Below, in pieces: positions 1 through 8,592 of a DNA stretch of 32,000 nt. The notes beneath the pieces were generated by a model. It was not told the DNA's origin. It made no database searches and saw only the letters and a list, made by a program, of their open reading frames with translations. The stretch spans positions 1,740,001 to 1,772,000 of the forward strand of contig NC_006138.1 in NCBI RefSeq assembly GCF_000025945.1, read 5' to 3'. The stretch comes from Desulfotalea psychrophila LSv54 (lineage in GTDB: Bacteria; Desulfobacterota; Desulfobulbia; Desulfobulbales; Desulfocapsaceae). The stretch's first letter is position 1. The number at the start of each line of letters is the position of its first letter. The translations under genes and the position numbers were made by a program.

Positions 1-35
1 GGCTTACTGTCCAGTAATACGGCGTAAAAAATTAC

Positions 36-701
36 ATGCTTGATTTTAAATTTGAAATTTTAAAAACTGCCTACCCTATGCTCTGTCAAGGGGTTTGGGC
101 AACAGCGAAGGTAGTCTTTTTTTCTTTTATTCTTGCGATGTTGTTTGGCTTGATAGTGGGGGTTGCCAGATATCGGTCACGGAGTTTATATCTTCTCTTT
201 TCTCCCTACGTAGAGTTTTTTCGAGGGACCCCGTTGCTGATTCAGCTCTTTTTTATTTACTATGGCCTACCAACCATTGGCATATCCATGGATAGTTTTA
301 CGGCAGCCTGTCTCGGCCTTGGCTTGAATGGTGGGGCCTATATCTCCGAGATAATAAGAGGTTCACTCTTATCGGTTGATCAGGATCAGCTGGAGGCCTC
401 ATATGCCTTGGGGCTGACCTGGTTTCAATCTATGGTCTATGTTATTTTTCCTCAGGCATTTACGGTCGCCATTCCGCCTCTTGTAAATTCTTTTTCTTCT
501 CTTTTAAAGGACACCTCTCTGGTATCTGTCTTGGCGATAACCGAGCTGACCAGGGTAGGTCAGCTTATTTACACGAGAACATTTAGGGCTTTTGAAATCT
601 ACCTTGCCATTGGAATGCTTTATTTTATGATGACTTTTGTCATGACACTGCTCTCCAAATATCTCGAAAAAAAATACAAAGTTCAAGGGCGTATTTCATA
701 G
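36..701 (+). CDS. polar amino-acid ABC transporter permease (HisM/GlnP type)
   Basis: 221-aa ORF with several hydrophobic segments. EAA-loop-like 'LEASYALGLTWFQSMVYVIFPQA' and 'FRGTPLLIQLFFIYYGLP' are typical of binding-protein-dependent amino-acid permeases (recollection). Confidence 0.85.
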   Translation: MLDFKFEILKTAYPMLCQGVWATAKVVFFSFILAMLFGLIVGVARYRSRSLYLLFSPYVEFFRGTPLLIQLFFIYYGLPTIGISMDSFTAACLGLGLNGGAYISEIIRGSLLSVDQDQLEASYALGLTWFQSMVYVIFPQAFTVAIPPLVNSFSSLLKDTSLVSVLAITELTRVGQLIYTRTFRAFEIYLAIGMLYFMMTFVMTLLSKYLEKKYKVQGRIS

Positions 702-894
702 GAGAAGGCCATACGTCTAGCAATGACCGGGCAGGTTCAGTGCCCTCTCTTAAATGTGAGGGGGGCTCTGTGTGCTCTTCGCTTTCTGCTACTGGAGGGG
801 ACTGCATTAGACTAAGTTCGGTGAAATACGTATAATATGGATGGGGGCAGACAGCGTAGAGGAGCAATATAAATTAAATTGAGGGGAGATGAAT

Positions 895-2223
895 ATGGCT
901 AAAAAAGTGATCATTATGGGTGGTGCCGGTCGTGATTTTCATAATTTCAATGTCTACTTCAAGGATAACCCCCACTATGAGGTCGTGGCCTTTACCGCAG
1001 CGCCCCAGATTCCTGGGGTTGAAGGTCGCTTCTACCCAACCGAGTTGGCAGGTAAACTTTATCCAACGGGTATTCCCATTTATTTTGAAACAGAGCTTGC
1101 CTCCCTTATTCGCAGGCATACGGTTGAGCTGGTGGCCTTCTCCTATAGTGATGTGCCCTATTCTGAGGTAATGCACCAGGCCTCGATTGCCATGGCAGAG
1201 GATGCAGACTTTATTATGCTTGGGGCCAAATCGACAATGCTCAAGTCAGCTAAACCGGTAATTGCCGTTTGCGCAGTGCGAACGGGTTGCGGTAAATCTC
1301 AAACTACCCGCAAAATATGTGAAATTCTGATGGCAAGAGGAAAGAGGGTTGTGGTTGTCCGTCATCCCATGGCCTATGGTGACTTGGGTAAACAGGTAGT
1401 GCAGCGTTTTTCCTCCTATGATGATTTTGCAAGGCATCGCTGTAGCATTGAAGAACGAGAGGAGTATGAGCATCTGGTTGACCTTGGCATTCTGGTTTTC
1501 GCAGGTGTTGATTATCAGAAAATTCTGCAGGAGGCGGAAAGGGAAGCTGATATTATTATTTGGGATGGTGGCAACAACGATATCCCTTTTTTCTTGCCGG
1601 ATATTCATATCGTCCTCTTTGATCCGCATCGTCCCGGTCATGAACTCCTCTATTATCCGGGGGAAACCAATATGCTTATGGCTGATATTGCCATAATTAA
1701 TAAGGTTAATACCGCCGTCCCTGAACAGATAGAACAGGTTCGGCATAATATTGAGCTGCATGCCCCCCAAGCGCAAATAATACTGGCCGACTCAAAAATC
1801 ACTGTCAGTGAAGAGGGGCTCATTAAGAACAAGAGGGTACTTGTGGTTGAAGACGGGCCGACTCTTACCCATGGCGGCATGTCCTATGGTGCCGGAATGA
1901 TCGCGGCAGAGATGTATGGAGCGGCAGAGATAGTTGATCCCCGCCCCTATTCTGTCGGAACCCTCAGAGAAACCTATGAAAAATACCCACATATCGGTCC
2001 GCTGCTACCGGCAATGGGCTATAGTCCTGCTCAGATTGCTGATCTTGAGAAAACAATCAACAGTGTTGCCTGTGATCTTGTCCTCTTGGCCACCCCGATC
2101 AGGCTGGATCGACTGCTCTCCATCAATCGTCCTCTCTTGCAGGTTTCTTATGACTACAGCGATCATGGTCAGCCCGACCTGGAGAGTATTCTCCTCTCCT
2201 TCCTTGCCGGGCTTATTACCTGA
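895..2223 (+). CDS. P-loop protein resembling cyclic 2,3-diphosphoglycerate synthetase / ArgK-related GTPase family
   Basis: ORF 889..2223. The second ATG (895) lies 6 nt after SD GAGGGGAG (881-888). P-loop 'RTGCGKSQTT'. N-terminus 'VIIMGGAGRDFHNFNVYFKDNP' recalls cpgS-like proteins. Family assignment is by memory only. Confidence 0.55.
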   Translation: MAKKVIIMGGAGRDFHNFNVYFKDNPHYEVVAFTAAPQIPGVEGRFYPTELAGKLYPTGIPIYFETELASLIRRHTVELVAFSYSDVPYSEVMHQASIAMAEDADFIMLGAKSTMLKSAKPVIAVCAVRTGCGKSQTTRKICEILMARGKRVVVVRHPMAYGDLGKQVVQRFSSYDDFARHRCSIEEREEYEHLVDLGILVFAGVDYQKILQEAEREADIIIWDGGNNDIPFFLPDIHIVLFDPHRPGHELLYYPGETNMLMADIAIINKVNTAVPEQIEQVRHNIELHAPQAQIILADSKITVSEEGLIKNKRVLVVEDGPTLTHGGMSYGAGMIAAEMYGAAEIVDPRPYSVGTLRETYEKYPHIGPLLPAMGYSPAQIADLEKTINSVACDLVLLATPIRLDRLLSINRPLLQVSYDYSDHGQPDLESILLSFLAGLIT

Positions 2224-2403
2224 TGTCCCAAAATTATTAAAGGGGCTGAAGGCAGGGCGGGTTCTTATCGGGCCATAAATCAGCGCAAAATCCAGGCCGA
2301 TTCAGCGCCCTTTCTTGAGTTTATGTTGCCGATGAGTTGCCATATAGACCGCTGTAGCAGAGGGAAAACGTGGCCCCTGTTAGCCTCTATGTGAAGGTGG
2401 AAA

Positions 2404-2652
2404 ATGGCAATTCCTTACGGGCTACGGGGTTTGGGAAAGGCTCTGTTGTTTGGCTTATGGTGCCAGGGTGAGTCAATCCAGCACGGGCCACGAGATTTTA
2501 AGTATCGTCAACTTTGTTTGTATATGTCTGTTTTAAAAGAACTTAATATTTGCTTTGATTCTGTTGCGCTCATTTATGCGCTCACTTGTGCCTGTCGTTT
2601 TCAGGTAATGGGTTGGCATCATTATCCTGTTGGGGCTAGTCTTTTGATTTAA
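2404..2652 (+). CDS. short ORF spanning the composition break; possibly a truncated or fused host gene at an insertion junction
   Basis: Good SD (GAAGGTGGA, 4 nt before the ATG). The first ~35 codons are GC-rich and the rest AT-rich. The product is Cys-rich and not recognisable. Confidence 0.2.
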   Translation: MAIPYGLRGLGKALLFGLWCQGESIQHGPRDFKYRQLCLYMSVLKELNICFDSVALIYALTCACRFQVMGWHHYPVGASLLI

Positions 2653-2654
2653 AT

Positions 2655-3254
2655 TTACTGTTCAAGAGAGCTTTCGGTTACGAGATCGTCCACCATTTCA
2701 GTATATCTTGTCTGCCTTAAACTTAGAGCAAACAAAAGTGTAAAGAAAATGCTAGTGATAAAAAATGGGGCGAAATATACCCCTGGGAAAAAAATCATTC
2801 CAACACAGCTAAGAACTATTATTAAAATAGAGGATAATCCCCATGTTTTATTCACAAAAGTATCTATTTTATGCCACCATGTCTTTTTAAAAAGACCACT
2901 GTATTGAAACGCTCCATCGCTAAAGGTGACCATGCCTGGCGTTCTGTACAATACATATGTTAAAATATTGACTTTATCATCATCTAGTAATCTTAAAATG
3001 TTTGAGTAGCTCATTCTCAAACCGTAAATTAGTCGGAAAATTTCACAGACCCTATGTTTGCTTTTTTGTGCTAAAGCCTCATCAAGTTCTTTGAGCAGTT
3101 CAACTCGGATTTTTCTTGATTGATTTAAGTAGTGGAGCGTCACTGTGAAAGTGCCGATTACCGATATTAAAGTTGTTAAAAGCCTAGCTGTTTCAGTTAG
3201 TTCCATTGGTAGGTGCTCTCCAAGGCCTTTTGCTAATGTCGTTATAGCTGGCAT
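2655..3254 (-). CDS. hypothetical membrane protein (about 3 TM segments)
   Basis: 199-aa ORF. Hydrophobic stretches 'LLTTLISVIGTFTVTL', 'LSSILIIVLSCVGMIFFPGVYF' and 'APFFITSIFFTLLFALSL'. An alternative start at 3206 (MELTE...) follows a GGAGAG SD. Last gene of the minus-strand island. Confidence 0.5.
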   Translation of the reverse strand: MPAITTLAKGLGEHLPMELTETARLLTTLISVIGTFTVTLHYLNQSRKIRVELLKELDEALAQKSKHRVCEIFRLIYGLRMSYSNILRLLDDDKVNILTYVLYRTPGMVTFSDGAFQYSGLFKKTWWHKIDTFVNKTWGLSSILIIVLSCVGMIFFPGVYFAPFFITSIFFTLLFALSLRQTRYTEMVDDLVTESSLEQ

Positions 3255-3333
3255 AGGTAAAAGGTTGTTTTTTAGAATTTAGGGGCGGAAACGCTTATTT
3301 TGTTGTGATATCCAAGGGAATGGACGCATATTT

Positions 3334-3696
3334 TCAATATGCCCACCAGCCACTGCCTTTTTTTCTTAAATTTTTATCTGCCAGATGAGGGGTGAAATCG
3401 CTTATTTTGGAGGATCCGTTACTCGTTTTGGCATGTTTCATAGGAAATGTCTTGAGTTGATAGCCTTCGTTATCGATTAAAAGAACATGTTCTAAAGACT
3501 GTTTGTAGCCACAATTTTTTCTTCCTTTTTTGTTAAACTGCCATGTCTCACATAATATCATGGAGTTATCTGTGTCTATATCTATGTCCCATGCCCCGAA
3601 AATAACTACTTTGTCTGTGTGATTCACAAATGACCAACTCCAGTGCCAGTTTCGGCATGTTGCGCCCTGAGACTGTATAAAATTTCTTCTATTCAT
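3334..3696 (-). CDS. hypothetical small Trp-rich protein
   Basis: 120-aa ORF, 88 nt downstream of the KAP gene on the same strand. Distinctive 'GATCRNWHWSWSFVNHTDKVVIFGAWD'. No obvious SD and no family recognised with confidence. Confidence 0.5.
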   Translation of the reverse strand: MNRRNFIQSQGATCRNWHWSWSFVNHTDKVVIFGAWDIDIDTDNSMILCETWQFNKKGRKNCGYKQSLEHVLLIDNEGYQLKTFPMKHAKTSNGSSKISDFTPHLADKNLRKKGSGWWAY

Positions 3697-3784
3697 AATA
3701 ATTGTGTAGTTCTTTTGTGAACGAATGCGTGAGCATTGTCCTTTTATCGTTGAGCATGATGAGAAAGATTGGCATTGATGTATG

Positions 3785-5233
3785 TTACTCTAATTGGGTC
3801 GCAAGTCTTACAATATCTGGGTATGATTCTATCGATTCAATAGAATCGATGTTCCTAATAATGTTGTTTATCTCTCGATTTGAACCCAAAGTACCCTCAC
3901 TTAACATATTGTCAAAAATTTCTTTGGATATTTTTTTTTTATAGCATTTGAAGTATTCCTGGATGATAGAGGCTAATGTTATCTCTTCTACTAGTATTGG
4001 GTCATTGGTATTGCGGAAACGCTTATAACAAATAACACTGTTGATGCCCCTTTCGGTGTTATTTGGGAAGGATGGCCCTTGGTATCCAGGTTTGAAAATT
4101 TCTTCAAAAAAATCAGGAAATTTCTCTTTTATTAGTACTAGGTAAATAGTAAATAAAGCACCTATTTTTCCCGATCCACTTAGATTGTTAACAATACCTT
4201 CTATTCGTTCGTAACATTGTTTTTGGGTTCTTAGGTCTAGTGAGAATATCTCTGTCAAAGCATAGAAAACGAGGATGCTTTCCATGTTTTTGGGAGAACC
4301 ACGGGGAATAAATAGTGCTTTTGTTGTAGATATTTTCTCTGATCTACCTTGTTGGCTGAAGTCATGTGACATGCTCCTCTCTTGAGAATCAAAGTTTTTA
4401 AAGAGGACTTTCGCAAAATCAAGGTTACTTGGGGCTGGTAGGGTAAACTCTTGATCGAAAAAACGTCGAAGGTACGTTCTTCCATCAAATTTTTCGCCGT
4501 AAATAGCGCATACAGAGTGGGCGAGCTGCTTGGTGTCTGTGGAGATGATAAAATGGATATCTGGCATGTTAAAAAGGTGCTTTACTCTTTCTAGCAGCTC
4601 AATAGCAAAAAGTGGGCGGCATCTATCTAGCTCATCAATGAGTACAAAAAGAGGTAGTTTTTCTCCTATGTCGCTGTTCGTTTCAATTTCATTGAGAAGA
4701 TTTTTTAATCCTATTTGAAAATCTTCTATTGCGGAAATTTCTTTGTTGAAAGATTTTGTTAGTGCTTCCGTTATGTTTTCTGCTGTGCTTTCATCTTCAG
4801 CTGTGAGCTGAAGGAGCGCTTCTCCTTCTTGTTGACCAATTGCCTTTTTGATGAGTCCTTTTGCTAGAATTGGCAGTAGTTTTGTTACAACTTTTGTCCC
4901 TTTTTTTGTCCAGTCCTCACTTTTCTTTTTAGCACCATCTTGGTCAAGCAAAGAGCATAGCTCTCGGGTTATAGCCGATACAAGAGCCAAGAGTGGTTCT
5001 TCGGTGAAGTCGTGCTTCCAAGCATTAAAGATAACTGTGGGATATTTTTCTTTAAGATCTTTTGCCCAGTGGTCTATGAAAAAAGTTTTTCCCGCGCCCC
5101 ATTCAGCATTGATATTGAGGACGAAATTCTCTTTGTTGAGTAGGTAATTGGTCAAGAAATCAGCGTACTGTTTGCGGTTAAAAAGATCATCTGCCCACAT
5201 TTTGTTGTTGTCTTGTGTTGTCTCTTCAGTCAT
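3785..5233 (-). CDS. KAP-family P-loop NTPase (no inserted TM segments apparent)
   Basis: Walker A 'NAEWGAGKTFF', 'FNAWKHDFTEEPLLAL', Walker B 'LFVLIDELDRCRP', and later 'YLRRFFDQEFTLP'. This is the canonical KAP motif order. Confidence 0.8.
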   Translation of the reverse strand: MTEETTQDNNKMWADDLFNRKQYADFLTNYLLNKENFVLNINAEWGAGKTFFIDHWAKDLKEKYPTVIFNAWKHDFTEEPLLALVSAITRELCSLLDQDGAKKKSEDWTKKGTKVVTKLLPILAKGLIKKAIGQQEGEALLQLTAEDESTAENITEALTKSFNKEISAIEDFQIGLKNLLNEIETNSDIGEKLPLFVLIDELDRCRPLFAIELLERVKHLFNMPDIHFIISTDTKQLAHSVCAIYGEKFDGRTYLRRFFDQEFTLPAPSNLDFAKVLFKNFDSQERSMSHDFSQQGRSEKISTTKALFIPRGSPKNMESILVFYALTEIFSLDLRTQKQCYERIEGIVNNLSGSGKIGALFTIYLVLIKEKFPDFFEEIFKPGYQGPSFPNNTERGINSVICYKRFRNTNDPILVEEITLASIIQEYFKCYKKKISKEIFDNMLSEGTLGSNREINNIIRNIDSIESIESYPDIVRLATQLE

Positions 5234-5362
5234 ATCAAAATATTATTTTAACGTCTAAGTAGATAGATTTGTTGTAATGTGGTGAAAACCTTTCATATAC
5301 TCTGCACTTATTTTACCCGCTCTCTATCACATATCTTTTCTAGTGAGGTAAGCATTCATTGA

Positions 5363-6511
5363 TTAACCTGAGCAAATTATTTGTTCAACAACGCCTTGAA
5401 CTGTAATAGTCATTGTCTCTTCTGGTGTGTTATTGATTCTTACGTAGAAACTATTTTTTTTAATTTGTTCAGAGCTATATATTGGTTCGTATCTCATGCA
5501 TATTAGTATTGCTCCTATTAGCTTACGAAGTTTGGATGGTATTGGACCCAATAAAATTTTTTGGTGCTCTGGTTTGAGCTGAGTAGGATTTTCACTTTGA
5601 TAGAATTGTGAGAATGATTCTCGCACAGCTAGGCAATCCTCGTTTTGTCCATATGCTATTGATTTGTAGAGGTGCATTTTGCACGTAATGTTTGGAGAAC
5701 TAATAGGCAAATGCTCGAAAAATTCAAATTTTTCGATAAGGATTTTAAATTTTTTGGATCCATAACTGCTTAGACCATGGAAAAAAAGTAAGTGGATTTC
5801 ATCTGTTGAAAGTTGAGATCTAATGAAGTTGGAATATTGTTTTTTATTTTTTCCCTCTGCGTTAGTTTCTATGAACAAGAGGATTTGGTAGAGGGTTTTG
5901 TGGTAATGCGCTAAAGACGATTCTATCTCTTTGTATCTTGTATTATAACGTTCGATGATATGATTTCTATGGCAGTCGCGGTTTTCTATTTGAAAAGACA
6001 TGATGCGAAGGATCTCTGAGAAACATTTTTTGCGGGTAACGATTTTATTTTCAGAGATTAATTCGAGAGAGGCCACGATGTCGTTGTAAAGACTCATTAG
6101 GTGGAAGAACGTTTTTTCAAAATTGTCTTTTTGTATAGCTTGGTATTGCAGTTCCGCTGTGTCAGCAGCACATTTTTGTGCTACAGCAGATTTAGCCAGT
6201 TCCTTTCTTGTGAGCGTGAGTTCTTCTCTTGAGAGAGCTAGCTCAGTTTGAGATGTTTTGAGTTGTTGGGCTTGGAAGTGAAGGGTTAGCAGTATTGCTA
6301 TAAGTCCAAAAAAGCTGAGGATTGGGCCAAGAGATCCGCCAACAAAATCGCCAAATGCTGACCAGTCTGCTTGTGCTGTGCTAAACCCACTCTGGAAGTG
6401 ATAGAAATATGTACTGGGAACAACAACTAATCCCAAGAGACCCGCTATGCCTATGATAGTCAGGAAGTTTGGTAGATGGTTTTTTGTATCATTTGTGTAG
6501 GTAGGTTTCAT
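5363..6511 (-). CDS. putative abortive-infection membrane protein (putAbiC-like)
   Basis: 382-aa ORF. The N-terminal two-TM region with 'WSAFGDFVGGSLGPILSFFGLIAILLTL' followed by a coiled segment resembles the Pfam putAbiC family (recollection). Confidence 0.55.
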   Translation of the reverse strand: MKPTYTNDTKNHLPNFLTIIGIAGLLGLVVVPSTYFYHFQSGFSTAQADWSAFGDFVGGSLGPILSFFGLIAILLTLHFQAQQLKTSQTELALSREELTLTRKELAKSAVAQKCAADTAELQYQAIQKDNFEKTFFHLMSLYNDIVASLELISENKIVTRKKCFSEILRIMSFQIENRDCHRNHIIERYNTRYKEIESSLAHYHKTLYQILLFIETNAEGKNKKQYSNFIRSQLSTDEIHLLFFHGLSSYGSKKFKILIEKFEFFEHLPISSPNITCKMHLYKSIAYGQNEDCLAVRESFSQFYQSENPTQLKPEHQKILLGPIPSKLRKLIGAILICMRYEPIYSSEQIKKNSFYVRINNTPEETMTITVQGVVEQIICSG

Positions 6512-6546
6512 TCTTTAAGCTCTGGGCAGGTTGATTTGATCTTATG

Positions 6547-8124
6547 CTATGCAGCAGCCAGCCCATCTACGGTTGTCGCTATTTGGTCATCTATGCTTGT
6601 TAGGCCCCTAAGCTCTAGCGACTCTCGGTACTCTCTGGCTTCTGCAGCCAGGGTCCATTTCGTATCTATGCCAAGTTTGCTCGTTAAGTCTTTCACGGAG
6701 GCAATATTAACATTGAAGAATTCTTTTCGTTTGTTAATTTTGTTCACTCTGTATTGGTCAAATTGTCGATGTAGTTCACTTTCTAGGGCGGGAGCATTTT
6801 CACTGAACATTAAAGCATGTACGTCAAATGCAAATGGGACACTGGCATCTCCAAGTTCTTTGACGCGATCCAGTGGTTCTAGGCGTCGAGTGAGGCCAAT
6901 TTTGATAACTTTTTCTCCAAAAGAGCCTTCGTTGGAAATTACGTAAACATGACCTCTTTTGGTTTGTTGGGCCATGGATATGGCTCTCTGATTTTTCTCT
7001 TCTGCTTCTGCAAGCTTCGCTTCAAGCTCTTTTAACTGCATTTCAAATTGTGCTTTTTGCTCTTCTGATGCGTTTCCAAGTTCTTTTCTAGCTTCCGCCA
7101 TTGCCTTTTGAAGCATCTTCTCTTCTTTTTCAGCATCACGAACAGCCTTCTCGTATTCTCGCGCTGCCTTTGCTTCTTCACGTAACTCTTCTTTGATGCG
7201 TTTTTGTTCTTCTCTGTCGCGAAGAGCAAGTTCCTGGGTTGCAACTGCCCATTTTAACTCATCCTGGCGGGCGGCGAGGTATTCTGGGGAAATACGGGCA
7301 TTTCGAAATGCAGATCCATTATTATTTACGAGGCTGAAAGCATCAATAATTTGTTGCTGAAGCTTTCCGTAATTGTCATGTTTTACCTTGGACAGGATGG
7401 TTGCTACCTTCCCATTAAAAGCGTCTAAGACAAAGTTGATAGCCGTTTTTTTTCTATTTTCTTCTGCATAATCGCAGGTCGCAGCATATTCATTCTTAAC
7501 AAAATCTCGAACAAGAACTCTTGCTTCTTTAAGTTTTTCCCCAGCTTCTTTAAAGTCGTATTGGTCAGCAAGTTCATCAAGCAGGCTGTCGGGCGGCATG
7601 AGGTATTCTGCACCATAGCCCTTTATGGTGTTTCGCATGGCCGTGACAGCTTTTTTCAATTGCTTTTCGGTTTGCTTGATAGCATAAGCTTCCCCAGCTA
7701 TTTGTTCGGCTTTTTCTTCTGCAGCAGCAATTACCTTATCAGCTTTTTCCTTCGCTTCTCTTCGTACTCTATCTACCCTTTGTCCTGCTTCCTCTAGTTT
7801 TTCAGTCGCTTTTTTCAAGATTGATTTTGCCTGTACCTTTATACTCAGGGCTTCCTTTTCTACATCAAATATAGGAGCATATTTTTCTAATTCTTTCCTT
7901 GCTTGTTGTAGTTCCTTGGAAATTTCATTTTGCTTTATTGTTTCACTTTTAATCGACGCCTCGGCATCAACTCGTAAATCTTCTTCTTCTGCCAAGGCTT
8001 TGGTAAGGTTTGATATTCGAGAGCTCAAGCCATCGTTGATTGATCTGTTTTTTTTCAATTTTATAAATAGATAGATAGCTACAAAAGGTGAAACGAAAAA
8101 CAGGATACCAAAAAAATATTCCAT
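6547..8124 (-). CDS. DUF4041-type protein with C-terminal T5orf172 (MUG113 / GIY-YIG-like) domain, N-terminal TM anchor and long coiled coil
   Basis: ATG at 8124 lies 8 nt after SD AGAGGAG; the ORF track starts at a GTG at 8133. TM 'YFFGILFFVSPFVAIYLFIKL'. Lys/Glu-rich coiled coils. C-terminus 'GHVYVISNEGSFGEKVIKIGLTRRLEPLDRVKELGDASVPFAFDVHALMFSENAPALESELHRQF' is a T5orf172 signature. Confidence 0.7.
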   Translation of the reverse strand: MEYFFGILFFVSPFVAIYLFIKLKKNRSINDGLSSRISNLTKALAEEEDLRVDAEASIKSETIKQNEISKELQQARKELEKYAPIFDVEKEALSIKVQAKSILKKATEKLEEAGQRVDRVRREAKEKADKVIAAAEEKAEQIAGEAYAIKQTEKQLKKAVTAMRNTIKGYGAEYLMPPDSLLDELADQYDFKEAGEKLKEARVLVRDFVKNEYAATCDYAEENRKKTAINFVLDAFNGKVATILSKVKHDNYGKLQQQIIDAFSLVNNNGSAFRNARISPEYLAARQDELKWAVATQELALRDREEQKRIKEELREEAKAAREYEKAVRDAEKEEKMLQKAMAEARKELGNASEEQKAQFEMQLKELEAKLAEAEEKNQRAISMAQQTKRGHVYVISNEGSFGEKVIKIGLTRRLEPLDRVKELGDASVPFAFDVHALMFSENAPALESELHRQFDQYRVNKINKRKEFFNVNIASVKDLTSKLGIDTKWTLAAEAREYRESLELRGLTSIDDQIATTVDGLAAA

Positions 8125-8160
8125 ATTACCCACTCCTCTTCTTGATCTTGACTTCTGCTT

Positions 8161-8535
8161 TTATCGGCAAAAGACAGTTTGTCTTTTTATGTATATAGGT
8201 GAAAAATTAATTATTTTTACCCGTTTGTTTTGTATCAGCACGCCTATCGCAAGCTGTGTGTGGGCAATATTCCATGCGGAGATGAAGCGATCATCGTTAC
8301 CTAGTAGAGAAATTATGGTGGCCAGGAAAATTATGACAAAGGAGATGTGAAGGTGCTTTTCGGATGGTCGCGGGGATGGCGCGGTACTACGATGTGGTAC
8401 ATGCTGAAAAGGATGTTTAAAATTGTTGGCGGAGATTGCTTTGCCTTGATAGCGTTGATCCCCGTGCTGAATGGTTGTATATTTTAATTTTGTGACATTC
8501 TCCCCGGCATGGAGCCAGGTTTCACATTCGTCCAT
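8161..8535 (-). CDS. hypothetical protein with one TM segment (weak call)
   Basis: 124-aa ORF with AAGGG upstream of the ATG. TM 'ISFVIIFLATIISLL'. Its 3' end contains the 8169-8187 hairpin, so it may be spurious. Confidence 0.3.
   Translation of the reverse strand: MDECETWLHAGENVTKLKYTTIQHGDQRYQGKAISANNFKHPFQHVPHRSTAPSPRPSEKHLHISFVIIFLATIISLLGNDDRFISAWNIAHTQLAIGVLIQNKRVKIINFSPIYIKRQTVFCR
8169..8187. terminator. symmetric hairpin (AAAAGACA-GTT-TGTCTTTT) flanked by A and T runs
   Basis: 8-bp stem and 3-nt loop read directly. Lies just upstream (minus sense) of the DUF4041 gene start, so it could insulate island 1 from repressor-operon read-through. Confidence 0.35.
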
Positions 8536-8592
8536 CCTGCCCTTTTCTGTTAGCTTTTTTTCTTGCTCAAAACCTCTGGCAATACCTTTCTG

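Noticed and set aside
702-888. Possible riboswitch or terminator between the permease and the P-loop gene
   Set aside because: Only a short CCCTC/GAGGG hairpin without a T run was seen. I could not recognise any conserved riboswitch core by eye.
6476-6946. 156-aa plus-strand ORF overlapping the 3' end of the DUF4041/T5orf172 gene
   Set aside because: It is antisense to the conserved T5orf172 domain region, is Ser-rich and has no SD.
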